Below are positions 36,678 through 44,361 of a stretch of 44,361 bases of DNA, piece after piece. The stretch comes from Nemertoderma westbladi. Lineage: Eukaryota; Animalia; Xenacoelomorpha. The stretch lies in contig JAUCBJ010006152.1 of NCBI GenBank assembly GCA_032718475.1, forward strand, positions 1-44,361. The letters are read 5' to 3'. Below the pieces are notes generated by a model, which saw nothing but the letters and a program-made list of their open reading frames with translations, did no database searches and was not told the origin of the DNA. Each line of letters starts with the position of its first letter. The stretch's first letter is position 1. Made by a program: the position numbers and the translations under genes.

Positions 36678-37071
36678 ATGTTGTACTGTTGTAATGTTGT
36701 ACTAACTGTCTGACTGCTGACTGTCAACTGTCTCAACATATTACTGTATTAGTTCAGCACGAACAAATCAAAGTTTATGCCTCCTACCATGGAATACTAA
36801 AAATACATGACTGCATGACTTGTATACCGGTACATATATATATATACATGTATATATATTTAGTTAAGTATTCCATGCTCCTACTGTAGAGGGTAGGATG
36901 GGTGTAAACGTTACGCCTACACCTACACTACACAGGCACCCCAACACCTGCTTTTACATATATCGGCCTGTCGGTGTAACAGATAATTTCCACTCACGAT
37001 GCAAAATCACTCCCCGGTTAAAATTCCCTAGTGTATTCTCAATCCCGGGGTGTATTTTCCCTAGTGTATTA

Positions 37072-37108
<37 letters not shown>

Positions 37109-37752
37109 AGAGAAAACTCACCCCCGCTTTTATCAATGTTCACTCTGTGCAAATACATCCTCGTTTAATTCCCCTATAGTGTATTGTCACTCCCAGTGTA
37201 TTTATCCCTAGTGTATTTTAGCTCCCTCTAGTGAAAATCACATGTTCCCCATTCCCACCTTTATTAAATATTTGCCATGTGACTTCCTCAAGCCCAGTCC
37301 CTCTTCTACAGTACTTTACTATATAGGCCTACAAAAGATCTACTGGGTATGTTTGTCTGTGTGCTAGAGGTATCTGTATGGCGGTCTGTAGGCTTATATC
37401 AATTTAAATTAATATTTAAATTTAAAATCTGTAATAAAAATTTTGGTGCTGTGGTAAAATATTCATAGATAGGTTCGACGTTTTAATAGTATCAACGTAT
37501 AATATATACATATATATATTATATATATAATAGTTTAACGATTTAAATAGTATCTACTGTATATTAATATTTATAATTCTTGAATAAAATTAATTAAAAC
37601 GTGTAAGCTATAAATGTATCAAATAAAATAAAAATGTATGAATATTTACATTTCTTGCATAAAAATAATAAAAAATTAGGGTCACGGACAAAATATTATA
37701 AAACTTACTACTACTACTACTAGGATCGGCATGCTGCATTGCAGCTGCATTT

Positions 37753-39350
37753 TTAAGAATGCTGTGCCGGCTTATCGACAAAATTGCACCGCCACAACTC
37801 CCTATCACCCATGACATTTGCTAGATCATCCGCATCTTCAAGGCCAGTGTCCTTTAAGATGCGTCTCAAGAAAGTCATGGGCTGTCCACCATGCTTATTC
37901 ACTCCATGAGGCTGCCAAAGTACAAGATTATGCACTGGCTGGTCCTCACGGCGAAAGCAATGTCCTGCAAAGCGGATGCGATTTTGTTCTAGTGTCAAGC
38001 TTGGGGGAACCAATGAGACACCTCCAATGTTATATAGTGTCTGGTTGTAGATGTGTGCATTGTACTTGACACAATGAACCCGGCGTAGCATTCTTGTGAA
38101 TGTGCCATCCAGAGATTTGGTGTCCTCAGCAGTTAGAGCCCAGCATGGACTCCCATAGAGGAGTACTGGAACTACCGCTGCTCTAAATAATCGGACCTTA
38201 AGTTTCCGATTAAATATCGGTGACTTCCAAATCCTGGCAAGCCTATTCAAGGCTGCCCATGCTTTTCCCTTACGTATTCGAAGGTCCTCACCTGACTTCC
38301 GGATCCATGATCCCAGGTAACAGAAGTCATCCACATGCTCAAGTATACCATCTTTTGAGCTTATGCTCATCCGATCAGAGACTTGCTGAGGACTTTCATC
38401 AAAGTTAACTGTAAAAATTTTGGACTTTCTGGAGTTAATAAAAAGACCAACACTAGAAGCAGCATGTTCTAATGAGCTGAGGAGCCGTTAGGCTCTCTCT
38501 AGTGATTCTGAGAGTACTCCTAAGTCATCTGCAAAGTCTAGATCAGTTAGGTACTTGACAGGATTTCATCGACTTCTGGAGCCAGTAGGTGGAGTTATCA
38601 TCACCCCATCATCATTATGATGATCTAAGGACATGCGTAGAACATAGTCAACAACAATTATGAACAAGAATGGTGCAAATGTGTCTCCCTGGAGGACGCC
38701 CCATAACACTTCAAATGGTTCTGTGTCACCGTCAGCAGTAGACACAAATGTTGTCGAACCATCGTATACTGATCTGATTGCTGCAATAATTTCATCAGGA
38801 ATCCCATATAATGAAAGTATGCTGAACATACGTGAGCGAGAGACTGAATCAAAGGCCTTGAAGAAGTCAACAAAGATAACAGCCAGATGCCTGTCTTTCT
38901 TTTTTGATAACTCTTCAATTATCCTTCTAAGTGCCAAAATGGGCTCCATGGTCCCACGACCTTTACGGAACCCATTCTGATTTCCACGGAGCAGTCTCTC
39001 AATGGGATCCCTGATGCGATTTAATAGAATTCTATTGTATAGCTTTGCAGCAATCGAGATCAATGAGATTCCCCGAAAAGAACCATAGAGTGTTAGGTTG
39101 CCCTTCTTGGGAACTGGCACCAACTTATTTGTTTTCATTTCTTGTGGGACTCTTGTTGTTCGGTACATGTCTACTATGATGGGATAGATGAGCTTTAAAC
39201 ACTCACGTATTTTAAAGACCTCAGGGGGAATACCATCTACTCCACTGACACGATTGGTCTTAATGCTCTTTGCAGCAGCCTTCACTTTTGCAAAGGAGAT
39301 ATCACCAATGGGAATATCTGGGAGTACAGACTCAGACACTTTTACTTCTA
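37753..39350 (-). pseudogene. RTE family A reverse transcriptase and C-terminus (disrupted)
   Basis: GVDGIPPE, PVPKKG, RGISL, QNGFRKGR, FVDFFKAFDSV, GVLQGDT.AP.LF, DLDFADD (about 38525-38545), FCYLGS, LLYG and RFAGHC. Confidence 0.9.
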
Positions 39351-42300
39351 TACTACTACTACTAGGTCGAGCGAACTCGGACAGTGGAAATGAGATCCTT
39401 CCAGGCTTCCCGATTCTCCATAGTTGTCGCAATTTCGTTTCTCCCAAGTTCAGTATCCCTTTCAAGTTGATCTATATATGTTATGGCAGGTCGTCCACGA
39501 CTACGCTTTCCATGAGTTGGTTGCCAGAGAAGTAGATCTGGTATGACCTCGTCTTTACTTCGCCAGCAGTGCCCACTGAATCTTAATCTGCGTTCACAGG
39601 GGGTGGTTGATACAGGTGGTATTGTACCATAAAGCTCGGCGTTTGTCATGTGTTGTCTCCAGCTGATGTTTAGGGCTGCCCTTAGTAGTCTTGTGTAGCA
39701 ACCATCAATTCGTTGTTCCAGTGATTTAGTCAGTGTCCAGGTCTCACCCCCGTATAAAAATACACTTTCCACTGTGGCTCGAAAGAACTTAGTCTTCAGG
39801 TGCCTGGAGAGATCTGATTTCCAGATGGTATCCATTTTTGATAGCCCTACCCAAGCCTTTGCTTTCCTAACTTCTATGTCCTTTTTGCTACTCTCTATCT
39901 ATGATCCAAGGTACTGTTAGTCATCGACCTTCCTTAGTTGATTATTATCAATGGTTGTCAAGTTTCCATCAACATTAAAGGTCATGAATTCGGTCTTGGT
40001 AGCATTTATATGCAATCCAACCTCCTTAGCAGCCCTCTCCACTTTATTTAGTAGAAGCTGTGCATCTGCTAGCGTATTAGAGAGCAGGGCGATGTCATCC
40101 GCAAAGTCGGTGTCTGTGACTGTAGTTGCCGGATATCTACTACTTCTGCGTTCTTGAAGTGTGAATCCCAGATCTTCACCCTTTGTGGCCGTCCTCATTG
40201 CGTAATCCAGCACAATTACAAATAGTAATGGTGCTAATGTGTCACCTTGCAGTACGCCAGCCAGGATTGAGAAAAACTCAGTTTCACCATCTGGTGAGAG
40301 TACCTGCGCTTCTGTGTCACAATATAACAATCCAATGCCAGCAACAATTACTTCTGGTATTCCATAAGCTCTTAGGATTTCAAGCATTTTACCTCTATGG
40401 ATGGAGTCGAATGCCTTCTTGAAGTCCACAAAAGTCATGACTGCGGGGAGATTCTTTGACTTAATTCCTTCAATCAGTCTCCGTAGTGCAAGTATCTGAG
40501 CTATTGTTGATCTACTTGGTCGAAATCCGTTTTGGCTCTTACGCAGTAGTTTCTCTATGTGAGGCCTAATCCTATATAGAATCATTTTATTGTATATTTT
40601 GGCAGCTACCACAAGCAGACAGATCCCAGGATAGTTTGTTGGTATGCCGAGGTCTCCTTTCTTGGGGAGAGGCTTTAGTTGACCTTTAGTCCAAATTGGT
40701 GGTGGCTTTTCCCCTTTTAACATCCGGTTGCAAACATTCAATAATGGTCTATTTAGCACTCCGGTAATCCATACCTCCGCTGGGATTTCATCTAATCCAC
40801 TCGCTTTATTATTGGACATGCTTTTAATGCTTCTTTGGAGTTCGGCAGGTGTGAAGTCCCCTGTTTCTATAGGTAGTGTCTTGTCATATATTTTCCTTGT
40901 AGGGCTGACCTCGATGTTTGGTGGCTGCCCAAGCAAGTTGCTGAAGTGATTTTTCCACTTCCCAACACGTTCTTCAGGACTATCGGCTTTGAGGCGCCCC
41001 TTTGCACAACTTTTCCGACCAGATACCTCATTTACAGTTTGCCAGGTAAGTCTTGATTGTTGCTGTATGTGAGCAGTTGTAGTTGCTTCAGTTTTATCCT
41101 GTATGTACTTTTCCTGGCTGATGTTGTAGGCCAATTTAAGATCGTCCTTAGCTTTCTCAACCTTGTTAATGTTTTCGGTTGTTGGTTGTTCGGTTTTAAC
41201 TTTGTATGCTATCTTAAGATCTTTCTCTTACAAGTAACCTCAGAGTTTTGCCATGGCACATGCTGTTTTCGTTTAGGTTTCTGGGGGATATGCCTCTTAG
41301 CTGATTCCTTGTGGGCTGTTATTATATTCTGGTATATTGAATCGGTGGATTGGTCTTCATCCATTGACTGAAGTGCTTCAAAGCGGTTTTGAACTTCTAC
41401 TGTATAAGCATCCTTTACAGCATTATCAGGTCTGAGTTTCTCCCAGTCATAGTTGATTTGCTTGCTTGTCCTGGGTTTGCTGGCTCTAAAACTGAGTCTG
41501 ATCTCTGCAGTCACAATTCTGTGGTCCGAACCAATTAGGTTGAACGAGCTGTATGCCTCGCAGTTGATCATGCTATTTCTCCACTTTTTGTTTATAAGGA
41601 TGTAATCCAGTTGTGCTTTGGTTCCATTAGGGTATTGAAAGGTCCATAAGCTTCCCCTTACTCTTTTCGAATGTGTTGTTTGTTGGTATCAATTCACATT
41701 CTTCCATTACGTCTAAAAGTAAGTTCCCATTTATGTTAGAACTGGTGTTATAGGTGTAACCCTTGATGTCTTCTGGGCCAATTTGCTCATTCAGGTCACC
41801 AGCAATGACTTTAACATTGTGTTTCGAGATGTCCTTAATAAGTCCAGTCAGTTCTTCATAAAACTTGACTGCTTGTTCTGGCTCTGATGCATTGGTTGGA
41901 CTGTAGCAACATATAACTGTTGTCTTGGGATTCCCATCAAATGTTGCGATCATAACCCTGGAATTTATAGATTCGATGTTGTTTAGGGTCTTAAGTGCAA
42001 ATGGGCTTAGCAGAATTCCTACTGCACCAATTGATGCATTGGCCGAGTTTCTTACTGCTGAGCTTGTTACTAACGTCCATCCATTTCCAATTTCATTGTA
42101 CTTCATGGCAGTGTCTTCATGACAAATCCGATGTTCTTGGATGCAGATGATGTCGATGTTATATTCCATTGCCAGAGCGACCATGTCACCCTGTTTGCTC
42201 TGTGCTTTCAGCGTGTGTGCGTTCATTGTAGTGGTTCTTCTTTCTTCTCTGTCTTCTGTTCCAGTAGCAAATTTATCGACCCCAGCCTGGTGTACCACTG

Positions 42301-42430
42301 AGGGACGCGGTCCTTGTTGACCCGGGCGACGACCGAGCCGGTATTTCTCCTGGAGGGTTCTCATACTCATATCTTTCAGTTGCGGGAGTAAACCGCTTGT
42401 GGTCGCAACTCCTACAAGCGTCTTACAGTT
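39351..42430 (-). pseudogene. RTE family B near-complete ORF (AP endonuclease plus RT), broken into four pieces, with its own (TAG)n tail
   Basis: ICIQEHR, CYSPTN, AGDLN, LDYIL, SDHRIV, QNGFR, FVDFKKAFDS, GVLQGDTLAP, DFADD, YLGS and RFSGHC. The ORF stops at the first TAG of the tail (39351-39364). The 5' boundary is approximate. Confidence 0.9.
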
Positions 42431-44060
42431 GCCACTATCATCTGCTGAAGCGAGGGCGAGTCGCCAACCGCCCCCCATGTCATTAATCAGAACCTCATCA
42501 GTCTGTCCAGTCTGCATTCGGTGCTCTTGAACACCCACTGCACTAAGAGAAAGCTTATCTGCCAAGGCAGTCAGCTCACCTTGTCGCATTGGGATCCCGA
42601 GTGTTAGGGTGTTTACTGAGGCTAGCCTAGTGACTTGCCTCAAATTCACCAATGGCTTTGTTGGGCGGGGTGGAACATGAGAGTAGCCTCCAACTCCAGA
42701 ATCCCTCTCCCCCTCACAATCTGGCCTCCCTGGTGACCCAGGATTTGGGACAGAAAGGTCATCAGGAAAGGGATTCAAAGAATTGTTTGCCGCTCTCTCT
42801 CCAGTAGGGAGTGAGACAGGCAGCCGGTCAGGAGATAACTGACGCCTGTGAGGCCGATTGTGTCCAGTCATTCCACTGGCCTCTAGTGGCTGGACCTCCG
42901 CATTACTAATGTAATCCATAGTGGGGGTTGGGGGGTGCTTTTTTGCCGAATCAGCTCTCGGGGCAAATACCACACCCTGGTTTGCCATTCCACAGGGTGT
43001 GTGTCGCATTGGAGTCAGATATGAGGCCCATCACCCATAGCTACGTACTTTGGCGCACATGACCCACCATTGGCTGTGAAGCTCATCTGCTGGGTCATGC
43101 CCTGTACCCCTGCTGCCATGTGCAGGTTGCAGTGAAGTGCACTCAGAGTGGACATGAGAACCCTCTACTCCTGACTGGTGTACCACTGAGGGACGCGGTC
43201 CTTGTTGACCCGGGCAACGACCGAGCCGGTATTTCTCCTGGAGGGTTCTCATACTCATATCTTTCAGTTGCGGGAGTAAACCGCTTGTGGTCGCAACTCC
43301 TACAAGCGTCTTACAATTGCCACTATCATCTGCTGAAGCGAGGGCGAGTCGCCAACGGCCCCCCATGTCATTAATCAGAACCTCATCAGTCTGTCCAGTC
43401 TGCATTCGGTGCTCTTGAACACCCACTGCACTAAGAGAAAGCTTATCTGCCAAGGCAGTCAGCTCACCTTGTCGCATTGGGGTCCCGAGTGTTAGGGTGT
43501 TTACTGAGGCTAGTCTAGTGACTTGCCTCAAATTCACCAATGGCTTTGTTGGGCGGGGTGGAACATGAGAGTAGCCTCCAACTCCAGAATCCCTCTCCCC
43601 CTCACAATCTGGCCTCCCTGGTGACCCAGGGTTTGGGACAGAAAGGTCATCAGGAAAGGGATTCAAAGAATTGTTTGCCGCTCTCTCTCCAGTAGGGGGT
43701 GAGACAGGCAGCCGGTCAGGAGATAACTGACGCCTGTGAGGCCGATTGTGTCCAGTCATTCCACTGGCCTCTAGTGGCTGGACCTCCGCATTACTAATGT
43801 AATCCATAGTGGGGGTTGGGGGGTGCTTTTTTGCCGAGTCAGCTCTCGGGGCAAATACCACACCCTGGTTTGCCATTCCACAGGGTGGGTGTCGCATTGG
43901 AGTCAGATATGAGGCCCATCACCCATACCTACTCTTGGCGCACATGACCCACCATTGGCTGTGAAGCTCATCTGCTGGGTCATGCCCTGTACACCTGCTG
44001 CCATGTGCAGGTTGCAGTGAAGTGCACTCAGAGTGGACATGAGAACCCTCTACTCCTGAC
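42287..44060. repeat. About 888-bp tandem duplication covering the RTE-A 5' region and the A/B junction
   Basis: 42287-43175 is repeated at 43175-44060 with a few substitutions and a net 3-nt indel. ORFs 41627-43009 and 43031-43897 have near-identical N-termini. Confidence 0.93.
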
Positions 44061-44361
44061 CAGCCATTGGTAGATCACCATCTGCCTGGCCAGGCCATAT
44101 ACCCTTGCAGCCAAGTATATGGGTCCTTAATCCAGGACCAAGGGCGTCCTTATCCCAGAACGAAGGGGGTCCTAGTTACAGGACCAGATTTGCCCTAGTA
44201 AGGGGGTCTATGCAGCTACAGGTGGCACCTCCTTTATGCTGCATGGAGGTGGCAAGTTTTCTTGATGAATGACCTAGAATACCTGACCTGACCGAATCTT
44301 ATCCAATTATCCAGAATTATAAAACTTATCCAGTAATGTAAGATATCATTCTTTAAATTTT

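Larger units (their letters stand above)
37708..44315 (-). mobile_element. Composite RTE-clade LINE insertion (family A 5' part, family B, family A 3' part) with 13-bp TSD
   Basis: TSD attataaaactta at 37695-37707 and 44316-44328. (TAG)n tail at about 37708-37723. APE and RT motifs occur throughout. Confidence 0.9.

Noticed and set aside
37074-37107. Poly-C run and the poly-Gly ORF 36954-37136
   Set aside because: A homopolymer within a repeat remnant. Its length is unreliable and there is no coding evidence.
43954-43975. Hammerhead ribozyme in the RTE 5' UTR (sense CAGATGA-GC-TTCACA-GC-CAAT)
   Set aside because: The core deviates from CUGANGA...GAAA at essential positions and no third stem with a cleavage triplet was found.

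Overview
Repeat-rich, AT-rich eukaryotic DNA, apparently metazoan and probably an invertebrate; the taxon cannot be fixed from the sequence. There is one clear host gene: a two-exon CEP20/FOPNL/FOR20 centriolar LisH gene on the minus strand (36392-36300 + 31005-30685, 137 aa), whose 5.3-kb intron is filled with nested MITEs. The rest is mostly nested mobile DNA. (i) 1-6.2 kb is a stack of non-autonomous DNA elements. (ii) A CRE-like fragment is fused to an L2/CR1-type LINE. (iii) A decayed Ty3/Gypsy element is split inside its RNase H region by a 17-kb BEL/Pao LTR retrotransposon (9937-26971, 1.15-kb LTRs about 98% identical, ATTTT target-site duplication). The BEL/Pao element is atypical: it has no tRNA-type primer binding site (the PBS position is instead complementary to a site in its own LTR), it carries an unrecognised non-env ORF before the 3' LTR, and it holds a duplicated cassette of a CRE endonuclease end plus a class A GPCR C-terminus. 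(iv) A 2.4-kb minisatellite with a 28-bp unit. (v) A composite RTE LINE made of two families inside one 13-bp TSD. Window-wide patterns are repeated 0.56-0.89 kb tandem duplications, retroelement chimeras joined at or near RNA 3' ends, and a strong excess of TA-xxxx-TA words resembling DNA-transposon excision footprints. All coordinates and identities were read by eye; no database searches were run.
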